From: a virus
Taxonomy: Duplodnaviria; Caudoviricetes
Direction: 5' to 3' (one strand)
Virus record (IMG/VR): IMGVR_UViG_3300026094_000002
DNA length: 64,000 bases
Positions 14,801 through 22,108 of this stretch are shown piece by piece; within the stretch, counting starts at the first letter, position 1, and every line of letters starts with the position of its first letter. Position numbers and translations under genes: made by a program. The notes beneath the pieces were generated by a model, which did not search any database, was not told where the DNA came from, and saw only the letters and a program-made list of their open reading frames with translations.

Positions 14801-16859
14801 TGGAGAGATTGCAACAATCACTTTTGAGTCTGCACCTGATGCTGATTCTATCATAGTCATTGAGAGCACAGTCACCAGACCAACTTATAGTGACAGAATT
14901 CTTGATGTAAGTTATTCCAGTAACTTTACTGATACCTTTTTGGGTACTTTACCCGCTCCAGAATATAACGGATCTCCAGAAGATTCTCGATCATACGGCA
15001 TAGAGGTAGACGGTGGTAAGTTTATTGATACATATGCCAGTCATGCACCCGAGGAATTAGTTCCCGGATCAACATTTGATACATTAGACATTAGCGTATC
15101 TACGCGTGTTGGACTTGACACTTCTGGGAATGGACACGCTTGGCAAACTGACAGTCGCAATGTCACAGTAGAATCTGCATCATTGGGCAGAACATACGAT
15201 TTACCAAAACTTGCAACACCAACAACAGCGGTAATAGTAACAAACTTAACTTCTGGAGCAACTTTACCAACAGATTCATATAGTATTGATTGGGTTGATA
15301 ATACTATTACTCTAATTTCTGGCATAGGTACAGGAAATATAGTACGATTTGATATATTTGGATTAGGCGGCGGAAATCATCTTTATTCAAATGAATTTAC
15401 AAGTTCTCAGATTGTGGATGATAATATAGAAGTGCCAGTTGATATTGATGAAATTAATAAAATATTAATTTTAATTGATGGACAAGTATATGAAAACTTC
15501 ACGTTTAGTAAATCTGAAAATCAAACTAACATAGAGTTCTTATCAACTGTTAATAATAATTCATTGATATCAATTTTTGTTCTTGGTGAAACCAGTGAGC
15601 AATTTGATTATTCATATCCAATTCTTCAAGAATTTGAATACGATGGCAATGAACGACAGTTTGAGTTGGAAAATGATTTAGAATATTCAAACAAAAGTCA
15701 TGCCATTGTTGAAGTAAATGGATTCCGGTTACAACCACCAAATGGTATTCATCATGTAGCAGATGAGTCGACTCTAACATATAATGTTTCAAGAGAAGAC
15801 GATTCAATTGAACCAGATCAAATTGGAACAATTGATGTTACGGTATATATTAATGATGAAGAATTAGATCTTAACACTGATTTTGTTTTAAATCCAAGTG
15901 ATGGCAGTTCTATTAGAACAATAACTCTGTCATCACCTCCTGAAAATGGAGATCGTATTTCAATATATGTCCGCACGTTAAGTGAATATGTCATTTCAGC
16001 AGGACAACTTATAATACGCGACTCGGTTGAATTGAATTCTGGTGATGATGTAACAATTCGTACATGGAATGATACGAGAGAGCAAAGATTGCAGACAAAA
16101 GTATTCCAAGGACCAATCGGAACATTATCTACATCTATTGTGCCATTTGATGTACAAGGTTATGACTTGGATAGATATGATGAAGAAAGTGAAGCAGTCG
16201 AGTTTGCTACTGAGTATGCATTAGGAACGATAGGGGCAACAGAGAACAGAGTATGGGCAACATATAATGGACAAAGGCTGCTACCAAATGAAGACTTTGT
16301 TATTGAAACGCGAGATGGTGTAGATGTATTAATTGTAACAAGAAGAATTTCTGGTCCAGAAGATGTTGTTGTTCTAACAATATTTGGACGAGAAACTGTA
16401 CCACTGCCTCTTGATTTCAAAATATTTGATGATATGCGTGGTAATCGCTCAATTTATCGGATAATAAATGAAAGTTCAACAATACTAACAAAATCTTTGG
16501 CTTTTGGTGATGATGTTATATATGTTGATGATGTTAGCGTTTTGGAAGATCCAGAATTAGAACAAAATAGATTTGGTATTCTGTTTATAAACGGAGAACG
16601 TATAACATTCCGTGAGCGTGATATTACTAATAATACAGTTAGTGGGTTGAGACGCGGAACCGCAGGAACAGGCGTATTTAATCATCAAATTGGTGACACT
16701 GTTATTGATGCAAGTCGTGCAAATGAGGCAAAGGGTGCTATTTCTACCACTTGGTATGAGTTAGATCCAGAAAATACCGAGGTTGATGAATTTCGACTTA
16801 CAGGTGATTCATTGCAAGAATCTCAAAATTCAATAGCACGGTTCCTAAAGGGCGAATGA
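2871..16859 (+). CDS. Giant (4662 aa) virion structural protein, probably baseplate/adsorption apparatus
   Basis: Uninterrupted 14-kb ORF 1 nt after the wedge gene; FG-GAP-like repeats, CBM5/12-like W-Y motifs and Ig-like GDGSTTxF repeats read from the translation. Confidence 0.8.
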   Translation: MAQLTRTIDLLPEIFRTEPNRKFLSSTLDQLTRNPEFERVQGFIGRVSTPGYNTSDNYVDELTAERTNYQLEPGVVFTDEDSSNAEDAITYPGMLDALSNNGADVSRHDRLFKAEYSAWDPFIDFDKFSNFNRYYWLPAGPDSVDVSATEIPFTDSFDVSRQESSYQLEGLAGNNPIITLVRGGSYTFELNQPGNPFWIQTEPGTSGTLDGATNRSSRNVLGVVNNGSDTGTITFNVPDRNEQSFFYNLQSVGTVDLITDIGFDEINNRYVDEFIDEYGGIDGVTDFNGKSVVITQPTDSNSWNQTTFFDPLEEATENNGEIGSFDTQSWDQTSPITNISETRSIWRISVIEGNDGRSYLSLTAVQEVPKLSKFTVEFGEQNANRSFYRDSGNEFEEIPLLSAIKDTLYYQDQNNPDLFGRILLVGQEQRGLLDVNDIIGRKEYTSPNGVEFTNGLKVQFRGLVVPESFADNQYYVEGVGTSIMLLPVEDFITPETYTDSEAIRFDQFPFDIGNFEESLNQPQQPDYLTINRASPDSNPWTRSNRWFHEDVIRETARYNNTNPAINNNQKARRPILEFRLGLRLFNFGTKNLDTVDVIDFSQTDAFTNVNGSGGYSIDGVSLLDGTRIIFANDNDRRVRDKIYEVSLRDPNDDGDQQVLLNEATSTIDIDDNIIVKSGARNQGKSFRYDGDSWVPAQQKESINQAPLFDVFDENGNSFGNQEIYPGSNFSGSKLFSYAVGTGPEDDILEFPLEFLTINNVGDIVFNNNFYTDTFTAVDGRTSKTVNVKSGYVREYDQTGDYQRRIGWQKAVAPAQQKQVFRYAYQTGRDLSLDIPVKQDTDIPAVKITADSEFVSPSQYEITVNSNNTLIKFLEQPEPGTIIEVRALSDKASSVGFYEIPANLERNSFNEESANVTLGTIRNHYQTLVQNIPELRGQINGSNNSRDLGNIVPFGTDIIQHSSSMLPTGGVLRSGRVEFFDALEFNARAYETYKTRIIDLVTRQDFGNAPARRILDQVVARISSEKSENSAFYWSDMLPSGLDFVDSETVVREVTGQDFDTVYSYDFNNANRQSLMVYLNDKILLKDDDYEVSTDSPSITIKQDLTVGDRVLIREYTKTNASFVPNTPTKIGLYPAYKPAKFVDDTFVEPVNVLRGHDGSITVAYDDIRDDVILEFESRVYNNLKVSSEIPINEADIIPGKFRKTDYDLETINNILSTEFLTWSGLNRLDYRNQTYIADNDFTYNYSTANDVVDGEALLGHWRGIYEYFYDTDSPHSRPWEMLGLTTKPTWWESTYGPAPYTENNLILWQDIADGKVRDPSGEYINESRVRRGLLDVIPVDGHGNLKSPLDNVVNNYNFQDFRKKWVFGDGAPVETAWRRSSTYPFVIQRLIALTRPAKYFATGIDRDRYQFNSEFEQYLFDSRSRLDITDLNSYGQGNPQNSYFNWVSDYEKQLGNVDQDCVNDCFSNIDVRLCYRLAGFSDKQYLRLFAENFTPDTQNSSLLVPQESYQLLLYQNEPDARISFSSVIVQVSDNGWTVWGNSSARPYFEITQSIPNGNFNTITVDDVSVRYARDFDNEITRVPYGYTFRSRDAVVDFLISYGRQLESRGMQFNTRSNGIGIDWGQIAREFLNWSQQGWGIGNIINLNPAAENILVNRAAGLLEDVSSDPRVLLNQNRNPIKSNNYNVDRSGDLTEISVLSEELIGLAELNFVNYEHLLILDNSSIFADLFYDPASGNRQNRLLLSGSKTTNWAGRPDAPGFLISDPDIPDWSPNNRYARGEIVRFKNQLWSAKELIEPSEEFDYNDWLPSDFDDTRQGLLPNIATKADDALDYYNKNSANLNKDSDLLGLGIIGFRPRDYLENLNLDDITQTNLYSNFIATKGTLPTTQLLSTADFAKERADYGVFENWAVKQGTYGANGNRSYFEISLNQEELQANPSTISIVENNDDVAADQAVRVERLYKESVRFSNSNILPELTRSRPDTDLPSAGFVNRDDVDFQVFSFEDIESEISFDEIGPGNTVWVAKDSEFDWNVYYVGKLNARIIQLDDNLNGQSRVTFSAFHGLVPGDKIIIKSFSTGINGYYEIEGVPTLETALISFSFSSNQTQETGNGIVLTFESARVEQPSDIANLSFSTSLRPGDRAWVNNSGDGTWQVLEKQEPFKSNTKLVPEIETDQYGTAIAQGFDNVGVLVGSPDGGIDNRGQVFAYILNRDGSYNSVAPLSLRTPEIKGYGRSIAAGNSNWAIVGAPDSDVNKGYAAAIFKESSADPTFQQTQLLLDPNSDEGDRFGDSVAISDDERWAYVASPGASRVYAYARVDRESQFVTHVGDGSTTEFSYDGEISIGPDNSGDELSVIVNNTVFSRTGGDYVVNTTENLISFAAAPSSGETIVIIRKEQISLTYNSIGNGVKTDFNIAVIGTPDPADLRVFVDNTEQTITTDYTIIGQTLSFNTAPDNDSTITVYNPSLDQLIGVNDYTDSFSVLRDGVILRAEVDYTFDSNTNTISFTNGDSDIIDSEILIRARSHFKHVNTIEIPEQTKSYISHDDTVITLDSISGIEPQMILIGTGFNSGQYVESIDIENNQVTLNESPDSTPSGNIQFKLENFGSSLDTTTDGRQVAIGCIGNEKTPGQTFVFDRTVERFEIDDKTQDVYTPRRDTSISNTSVVPVKINQRFLTPGEINSVPQFNLGKEYSVLSNAEVNVLDADFELGDILEIETAEFSKLQTLTAETPQSGSEFGFSLSQCPTNCSLYIGSPGDSRQVNNGGSAERFVNEPRIYGIATSSNSDAELTSGDTVRINNVDVEVSAIDSHVVAATYNSGDFRKSNGEVYRAVQDVPAGILLTNTDYWEESSWSEVFVKDINDANISNVKATLDTRGKIVISAVEPKAQTEFNKLQILPGIGTAFTDLGFDPIQRTQTILPPRIQTSARFGHVVQIDTEADNLVIGSPGARLVIPSTWQTESELEFDSGATTFFDSVSEAGTVYTFDFLPSSVSSPRNPGKFVFGQQVFVSEISTGDKFGTDVDYVNGRLLVGAPDRESGAVFAFNNLDLDPAWQPIHEQAVEVDSKLINTIYVYDADDRRVLRYLDWIDPLQGKILGAAKENIDFITPVDPAGYNQGNNISDFNVWRDEHVGQIWWDVTNYRLTEYHSDDITYSSRRWAQGVTGSQVDVYQWIESTVPPSQYQGPGTPKDNDSFTIIGGVVDNQIIANRYYFWVSNTDSVIESAGKTLGINAIQQYIESPRSSGISYIAPISRNTLGLFNCTDLINRADSILHVEFDQIETDNQVHVEYELIPENRADGFITGQLYRKLLDSLSGADTEGNLVPDVQLPPSELYGVDFRPRQSMFRDREAALQNYLSQVNNVLIEYPVVESRDFTILNSEDPIPEANSGEWNKKVETTLELEFQNLDIVPIGYRYLVLSDDSVDGLWSIYEVDENRSLNQIRIQTFDTKQYWNFVDWYANGYSDQTILDRTVKTKPDLFALDAIDGELVRVDNDGTGQWEIYVRENDSWNRVAAQSATIQIDLTIADNSAGRFGFDNEVFDAQFFDERPVRETRQIVEAINDDLLINDLGVERNRALILLFNYILSEQITPEWLEKTSLVDVDHTVRSLEPFRVYQQDNQTFVSDYINEVKPYHVKIRQFNLKYQGEELYRGDITDFDLPAEWNPENNQFISPVLDDTGRLSTTSSIDSESEEWNDGKYSEWFNNRFLEIESISVFSGGTGYSVPPEVIITGDAEVEAKARARLNVLGEVSSVEILESGSGYTTTPSINIVGGNGSGARVVPIMKTLGPRNGLITLKYDRYDYTPNVSDWQPNVFYAADDLVRYENEVYRVVETNDSSILFSGDEFVLENYERVSASELSGLDRTAGYYVPAPRTTGDDISLLVDGISYPGVQVSAPDFNQNTGYDISAFDVTPFDNIDVGPENDISVEYTADGSTTVYELGYPDDGLPTNIEEVSVFVDGVEQEQEDDFTFNPSIITGEIATITFESAPDADSIIVIESTVTRPTYSDRILDVSYSSNFTDTFLGTLPAPEYNGSPEDSRSYGIEVDGGKFIDTYASHAPEELVPGSTFDTLDISVSTRVGLDTSGNGHAWQTDSRNVTVESASLGRTYDLPKLATPTTAVIVTNLTSGATLPTDSYSIDWVDNTITLISGIGTGNIVRFDIFGLGGGNHLYSNEFTSSQIVDDNIEVPVDIDEINKILILIDGQVYENFTFSKSENQTNIEFLSTVNNNSLISIFVLGETSEQFDYSYPILQEFEYDGNERQFELENDLEYSNKSHAIVEVNGFRLQPPNGIHHVADESTLTYNVSREDDSIEPDQIGTIDVTVYINDEELDLNTDFVLNPSDGSSIRTITLSSPPENGDRISIYVRTLSEYVISAGQLIIRDSVELNSGDDVTIRTWNDTREQRLQTKVFQGPIGTLSTSIVPFDVQGYDLDRYDEESEAVEFATEYALGTIGATENRVWATYNGQRLLPNEDFVIETRDGVDVLIVTRRISGPEDVVVLTIFGRETVPLPLDFKIFDDMRGNRSIYRIINESSTILTKSLAFGDDVIYVDDVSVLEDPELEQNRFGILFINGERITFRERDITNNTVSGLRRGTAGTGVFNHQIGDTVIDASRANEAKGAISTTWYELDPENTEVDEFRLTGDSLQESQNSIARFLKGE

Positions 16860-16879
16860 TTTAAGGTAAATAACTACAT

Positions 16880-17002
16880 ATGGAAAAAGATAAACAAAAA
16901 AATGCGAATACAACCAATGAAGTTGGTTTAACGCGAGTAGAAGGATTTCTTCGTATATCCGACCCAAAAACGGGAAAAACTATCGTGGAGACAAGAGCAT
17001 GA
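16880..17002 (+). CDS. 40-aa peptide (MEKDKQKNANTTNEVGLTRVEGFLRISDPKTGKTIVETRA), not in the ORF track
   Basis: Fills the gap between genes; ATGA overlap with the next gene; TAAATA 7 nt upstream; resembles the N-terminus of the next protein. Confidence 0.7.
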   Translation: MEKDKQKNANTTNEVGLTRVEGFLRISDPKTGKTIVETRA

Positions 17003-17601
17003 TCGCAGCACCCATTGAAGTCAAGGGATTTATTAAAATCACCGATCCTTCAACTCAAAAGACACTGCTTGATACTCATAATGCCATTCATTACGAAAAT
17101 ATGAGTGAAGCATTGGCAAACAGTCTTGCTAACAGAGATATTGGCGAAATTTATTCAATGAGTTTTGGGAACGGTGGCAGTGCTGTTGATCCAACAGGTG
17201 TTATTACATACCTACCACCAAACGTTACTGGACAAAATTCTGAATTATATAATGAAACTTTTTCAAAGGTTGTTGATGATAATTCAGCAGCAAACACAGA
17301 CCCAATTAGGAATAAATTAACGGTTTCACACATATCTGGAAATGTTTATTCGGATATTCTTGTAAGTTGCTTGTTGGATTTTGGTGAGCCGAATGGTCAG
17401 CAAGCATTTGATAACTCTACTGATTTAGAGGGAGATTTTGTATTTGATGAACTTGGATTAAAAAGTTGGAATGGTTCTTCTGATAATCTTAAGTTAATAA
17501 CGCATGCAATTTTTCATCCAGTTCAAAAGAGTTTAAACAGACAAATACAAATTGATTACACTATACGTATTCAAACACTTACTAACCTAAGTACATCATA
17601 A
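16999..17601 (+). CDS. Putative virion structural protein (200 aa)
   Basis: ORF between the baseplate and tail-fibre genes; beta-rich composition; function inferred from context. Confidence 0.6.
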   Translation: MIAAPIEVKGFIKITDPSTQKTLLDTHNAIHYENMSEALANSLANRDIGEIYSMSFGNGGSAVDPTGVITYLPPNVTGQNSELYNETFSKVVDDNSAANTDPIRNKLTVSHISGNVYSDILVSCLLDFGEPNGQQAFDNSTDLEGDFVFDELGLKSWNGSSDNLKLITHAIFHPVQKSLNRQIQIDYTIRIQTLTNLSTS

Positions 17602-17661
17602 ATATATGCATATAACTAATGACTAAATACATTAAAGCTATAGCAAACGGAGTTTCTCAAC

Positions 17662-19098
17662 ATGGCGTATACTGTTAATAAAACAGATGGTAGCATTTTT
17701 GCAGTAGTTGCAGATGGTACCCTTAATACCGACAGCAATGTCACACTAGTCGGTAAAAACTTTGCTGGGTATGGCCAGTTTCTCAATGAGAACTTTATTC
17801 AATTACTTGAGAATGCTGCTAACAATTCAGAACCCAGTTCTCCACTAACAGGACAACTTTGGTATGATACCAGTGCTGGACTACTAAAAGTGTTCAGTGG
17901 GTCAGGTTTCAAAACAATAAGTGCCGCAACGGCTAGTAATGATGAACCAAGTAACAATGTTGTGGGCGATATTTGGTATGACACAACCAACGATCAACTA
18001 AATGTTTATAACGGTTCAGACTTTACCTTGGTTGGTCCACTTGGTGCTGGGCCCGGTGCTGGTGAAACTGGTGCAATTCCAACAACCATTGTTGATAACT
18101 TATCTGTAGAACATTTTGTTGTTCGTATTGTTGTAGATGACACCGTGTCAGCCATTGTCAGTAAAGATGCTCCGTTTACCCCGGCAAGTGCAATTACAGG
18201 ATTTTCATCAACTATTAAACCCGGCATTAATTTACCTGATACAGCAGTAAGCGGTCAAACGTTGCTTTTTCAAGGGACAGCCACAAATGCACAGACACTG
18301 GAAGGTGTTCCATCATCTGGCTTCTTGAGTTCAACTGATAATGACACCACTTCCGGGAGACTATCTATTCAAAACAATAGTGGTCTCGTTGTTGGTGAAG
18401 GAAGCGAGGGTTCATTTAACGTTGCGGGAACCAATATTAGAATTGACAACCGTGAAACAAATGGTGACTTGATTCTTCGTGTAAATGCCTCAGGAACTCA
18501 GACAGATGCCATTACAATAAACGGATCAACTGGAGATGTTGAATTTTCTAATGATGTTAGTGTTGATGGAGACATAGAAGCAACAAATATAGAAGCAACA
18601 AGTTCTGTTAGTCTACAAGAAATTATTAAAACAGGCACCGATGGAAGTGGCAATATTGGTTCTGAATCTAATTCTTTCAATGTGGTCCATGCTAAAGCAA
18701 CCAGTGCACAATATGCTGACTTGGCTGAAAGGTTTGCATCAGATGTTGTTTATGAGGCTGGCACTGTAGTTGAACTGGGCGGCACAGAAGAAATAACACA
18801 AGCATCTGAAGATTTAAGCGATAAAGTGTTTGGTGTCATAAGTACCAGAGCAGCTTATTTGATGAATGCTGGTGTTGGTGAAGACGAAACTCATCCACCA
18901 GTAGCAATGACTGGACGTGTTCCAGTTAAAACAATTGGAAAAGTAAAATTAGGAGACCGCTTGGTTTCTGCAGGTAATGGCATGGCCCGTGCTGCAAAAG
19001 AAGGAGAAGCCACCCCATTTAATACTATTGGACGGGCTCTTGAGACAAAAAATAATGATGAAATTGCTTCAGTAGAGGCAATTGTTAAAACGGTATAA
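17662..19098 (+). CDS. Tail fibre/spike-like protein with a C-terminal intramolecular chaperone (Peptidase_G2-like) domain
   Basis: N-terminal MAYTVNKTDG...LVGKNFAGYG and LWYDT repeats typical of fibre anchors; C-terminal AQYADLAERF..YEAGTVV..GG..VAMTGRVPVK; GGAG RBS. Confidence 0.7.
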   Translation: MAYTVNKTDGSIFAVVADGTLNTDSNVTLVGKNFAGYGQFLNENFIQLLENAANNSEPSSPLTGQLWYDTSAGLLKVFSGSGFKTISAATASNDEPSNNVVGDIWYDTTNDQLNVYNGSDFTLVGPLGAGPGAGETGAIPTTIVDNLSVEHFVVRIVVDDTVSAIVSKDAPFTPASAITGFSSTIKPGINLPDTAVSGQTLLFQGTATNAQTLEGVPSSGFLSSTDNDTTSGRLSIQNNSGLVVGEGSEGSFNVAGTNIRIDNRETNGDLILRVNASGTQTDAITINGSTGDVEFSNDVSVDGDIEATNIEATSSVSLQEIIKTGTDGSGNIGSESNSFNVVHAKATSAQYADLAERFASDVVYEAGTVVELGGTEEITQASEDLSDKVFGVISTRAAYLMNAGVGEDETHPPVAMTGRVPVKTIGKVKLGDRLVSAGNGMARAAKEGEATPFNTIGRALETKNNDEIASVEAIVKTV

Positions 19099-19110
19099 TA
19101 GGATATATAA

Positions 19111-20100
19111 ATGGCATACTCTTCAGGATCAACAATACTAGACGACGATTACAATATTTTCGTAACAGGAAACGCCTCTGGAACAGGAGACGACAATACC
19201 CCCAACGTGAATACAGTGTGGGGGAATGGAACAGGAAACAAAGGCTATGGACAAAGCAGTACGCTTAGTTCAGTAAGTGTTGGAAACACTATTACTGCCA
19301 CCCAATGGTCTAGTCTTTTAAATAGAATTTCGTCTATGGCAAATCACCAAGGATCTTCAATAACGGCAATATCAAACCCAACAGTTGGTGACACGATTGA
19401 AGCCTATAACGATCTTAGTTCAAATATAGATACTATTTTTAATAATAGACTAAACGCAGCAGCAAACGGAAGCGATATTACATCTGGCGGAAGTGTGTCA
19501 GGAACTACATCTTGGTATACACAAGCAGAGACAACAACCACAGTTTCATTCGCGGATGCTGACTCTGCCCGGTACTTTTTTAACGCTGGCGGAATGATTC
19601 GTTTGGACGCAATTCGATCTGGGACAAACAACAGCAAAAGCACAGAATGGAACGACCTAGCATCGGATATTGGCACTATTGCATTTACAAATGGTTCAAC
19701 GGCAACTATTGCCGGTACTACGTATTCTGGTACTGACAAGATAGGTGGTTCGGGAACAGTATCATCAATATCTGATAATACTGGGTTTTATGATCTTTCT
19801 CCCGGTGGCTCAGCAGTATCTATTTTCAAACAGTTTGCCGATAGTTCACCATACACTGCAAACTTTATTGAAATTAGTGTATCTCTTAATTCTGCATCAG
19901 ATGCTCTAACATTTATAATGACATTTCGTGATGATGCGGCAGACACAAAACAAGATAATGTTGGTAACTCATTGGATTCTGACCAAGTTCAGGGCACAAC
20001 AGGTTCTAACACAGTTGTTCGTCCACCATCTACGACACATATTTCAAATACTTGGGGTACACCAACTATTAGTGGCTCTATCAGTTATATTACATCATAA
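19111..20100 (+). CDS. Ser/Thr/Gly-rich virion protein (fibre-associated)
   Basis: 329-aa ORF with AGGA RBS directly after the fibre gene; low-charge S/T/G/N-rich composition. Confidence 0.6.
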   Translation: MAYSSGSTILDDDYNIFVTGNASGTGDDNTPNVNTVWGNGTGNKGYGQSSTLSSVSVGNTITATQWSSLLNRISSMANHQGSSITAISNPTVGDTIEAYNDLSSNIDTIFNNRLNAAANGSDITSGGSVSGTTSWYTQAETTTTVSFADADSARYFFNAGGMIRLDAIRSGTNNSKSTEWNDLASDIGTIAFTNGSTATIAGTTYSGTDKIGGSGTVSSISDNTGFYDLSPGGSAVSIFKQFADSSPYTANFIEISVSLNSASDALTFIMTFRDDAADTKQDNVGNSLDSDQVQGTTGSNTVVRPPSTTHISNTWGTPTISGSISYITS

Positions 20101-20122
20101 TAGTAATTTAAAATACTGTATC

Positions 20123-20153
20123 AAAAACACCTGACATTGACGGGTGTTTTTTT
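20123..20153 (+). terminator. Rho-independent terminator ending the structural operon
   Basis: AACACCTG-acattga-CGGGTGTT stem followed by a T run. Confidence 0.75.
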
Positions 20154-20185
20154 GTCTGTGAATAGTAAAAATACTAACTATTCCT

Positions 20186-20494
20186 ATGGATTCAGATATC
20201 ATTTATCAACACGCAAAGGCAAGATTTGACCATGCTCGGTCTCAACAAATCTTGCGTGAAAAATACCAAGCCAAATTACAATTCGCATATAATGGAGGAA
20301 TGTGGGAGGCTGGTCCTTTATTAATCAACACACTAAACTGCATGTTAGATTCAGAAACACTCGTAATTGAAGATTTATATAAAAATCCAGTTAAAGTTAA
20401 TACACAAGAACTTTTAGAAATTGCTAAAACCCACTGGCAAGAACAAATGAACGGTTGGTTGGTTGAATACGAAGAAAACAATAAAGAAAGATGA
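20186..20494 (+). CDS. Hypothetical protein (102 aa)
   Basis: ORF with ATGA overlap into the next gene; first gene of the glyco-locus. Confidence 0.65.
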   Translation: MDSDIIYQHAKARFDHARSQQILREKYQAKLQFAYNGGMWEAGPLLINTLNCMLDSETLVIEDLYKNPVKVNTQELLEIAKTHWQEQMNGWLVEYEENNKER

Positions 20495-21294
20495 AAACTG
20501 GTGCTTTACTCTTTGCCTATAACACGGGTGATACTGATTATCTAAAAATGGCGGAGTTTTCTGCTAAAAATATAAAACGGTGGTTGAACATTCCTACTAC
20601 TGTCGTCACTGATGTTGAATACAAATCATCTACGTTTGATAATATTATTGTAAATGAAAACACAAAGTCTTCCAGAAGATATTTTGATGATAGAAACTCC
20701 GTAGTAGAATGGAGGAACTCAGGCCGTTCTCATGCATATGACTTAACTCCATACGATCAAACTTTATTGTTAGATGTTGATTACATAATTGCCAGCGAAC
20801 AATTACAAACAGTATTGAATAGTTCTTGTGATTTTGTTTGCCCCGATACTGCAATTGAAGTTTCAGGAACAAAAAGCAATAATCCAACATTTGGAAAATT
20901 TCATATGAGAATGTTTTGGGCAACTGTAATAATGTTTAGAAAAACAAAGCACAGCCAAATAATATTTGAACTTATAAAAATGATAGAAAATAATTTTGAT
21001 CATTATGCCAAACTATATGGATTCCCAGAAACACCTTTTAGAAATGATTACGCACTTAGTATTGCTTTGAGTATTGCATCAGGACATTTAGAAACAAAAA
21101 AACATGCAATACCATATCCTATGATTAATATTCATCCAGAACATAATGTTAAGATGATAGACACTGATTGTTTTGAAATAACTTATAAAAAAACAACAAA
21201 AAACCGCGAAAAACTTTTACGCAATAAAATTAAAAATCAAGATGTACATGTAATGGGCAAAACATCACTGGAGAAAATAGTTGAAACCAGTTGA
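20491..21294 (+). CDS. Glycosyltransferase-like protein (GT-A, GT8-like)
   Basis: TPYDQTLLLDVDY (DxD motif); FWATVIMF and FRNDYALSIA segments typical of GT8-like folds. Confidence 0.6.
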   Translation: MKTGALLFAYNTGDTDYLKMAEFSAKNIKRWLNIPTTVVTDVEYKSSTFDNIIVNENTKSSRRYFDDRNSVVEWRNSGRSHAYDLTPYDQTLLLDVDYIIASEQLQTVLNSSCDFVCPDTAIEVSGTKSNNPTFGKFHMRMFWATVIMFRKTKHSQIIFELIKMIENNFDHYAKLYGFPETPFRNDYALSIALSIASGHLETKKHAIPYPMINIHPEHNVKMIDTDCFEITYKKTTKNREKLLRNKIKNQDVHVMGKTSLEKIVETS

Positions 21295-22108
21295 TGATAA
21301 AGGTTATTTAATCACCGCAATAAAGAGTGAAACAACTGATTATCTAACATGTGCCCGGGCATTGGCAAAAAGTATTCGGTATTGGCAACCGGAATCAAAA
21401 ATTTGTCTTCTTACAAATTACGAGCAAGTTGAGAACGATAGCGTATTTGATTATGTAAAAGCGTTTCGGTATTCAATTGACGAGACTAATCCATTTGCAA
21501 ATGATTGGCAAATTTTCTTCTGTAGTCCGTTTCACGAAACAATAAAATTAGAATCTGATATTGTTTTAACTGGTTCAATAGAGCATTGGTGGACACACTT
21601 AAGAAAACGCGATGTTGTTATATCACAAGGATGCAGGAACTTTTATGGACATTGGTCTAAAGAAAGGTTTTACCGCCGGTTATTTGATCAAAACAATTTG
21701 CCTGATGTGTATAATGCAATTACATACTGGAGAATGAGTAAGTTTTCTAAAGAATTCTTTGCTCAAGTCAGACATATTTTTGATAACTGGGATAGTTATT
21801 ACAAATTATTATCTGGAGTTGACAAAGACTTGGTTCCAGACACAGATCTTGTGTATTCAATTGCTGCTGTCATGGTTGGAGAAGAAAATGTAACACTGCC
21901 AAATGCAGAATATCCAAGTTTTGTTCATATGAAAGGAAAGCACAATAATTTCCCCGGTGAAGATTGGACTCGGCATTTGGTATGGGAGTTAGATGAAGGA
22001 CAATTGCGAATTAATACATTTTCTCAACAGCAGCCTGTTCATTATCATGAGAAAACATTCTCACATAAAATAGAGGAACACTATGACCAACTTTTGGCAA
22101 GGTCTTGA
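21281..22108 (+). CDS. Glycosyltransferase-like protein, paralog of the upstream gene
   Basis: SPFHETIKLESD aligns with TPYDQTLLLDVD; DTDLVYSIA aligns with RNDYALSIA; FVHMKG. Confidence 0.55.
   Translation: MKPVDDKGYLITAIKSETTDYLTCARALAKSIRYWQPESKICLLTNYEQVENDSVFDYVKAFRYSIDETNPFANDWQIFFCSPFHETIKLESDIVLTGSIEHWWTHLRKRDVVISQGCRNFYGHWSKERFYRRLFDQNNLPDVYNAITYWRMSKFSKEFFAQVRHIFDNWDSYYKLLSGVDKDLVPDTDLVYSIAAVMVGEENVTLPNAEYPSFVHMKGKHNNFPGEDWTRHLVWELDEGQLRINTFSQQQPVHYHEKTFSHKIEEHYDQLLARS

Noticed and set aside
2871-16859. Intein, intron or alternative genetic code explaining the giant ORF
   Set aside because: No Hint/LAGLIDADG/HNH motifs seen; TAA, TAG and TGA all terminate genes with tight start/stop coupling under the standard code
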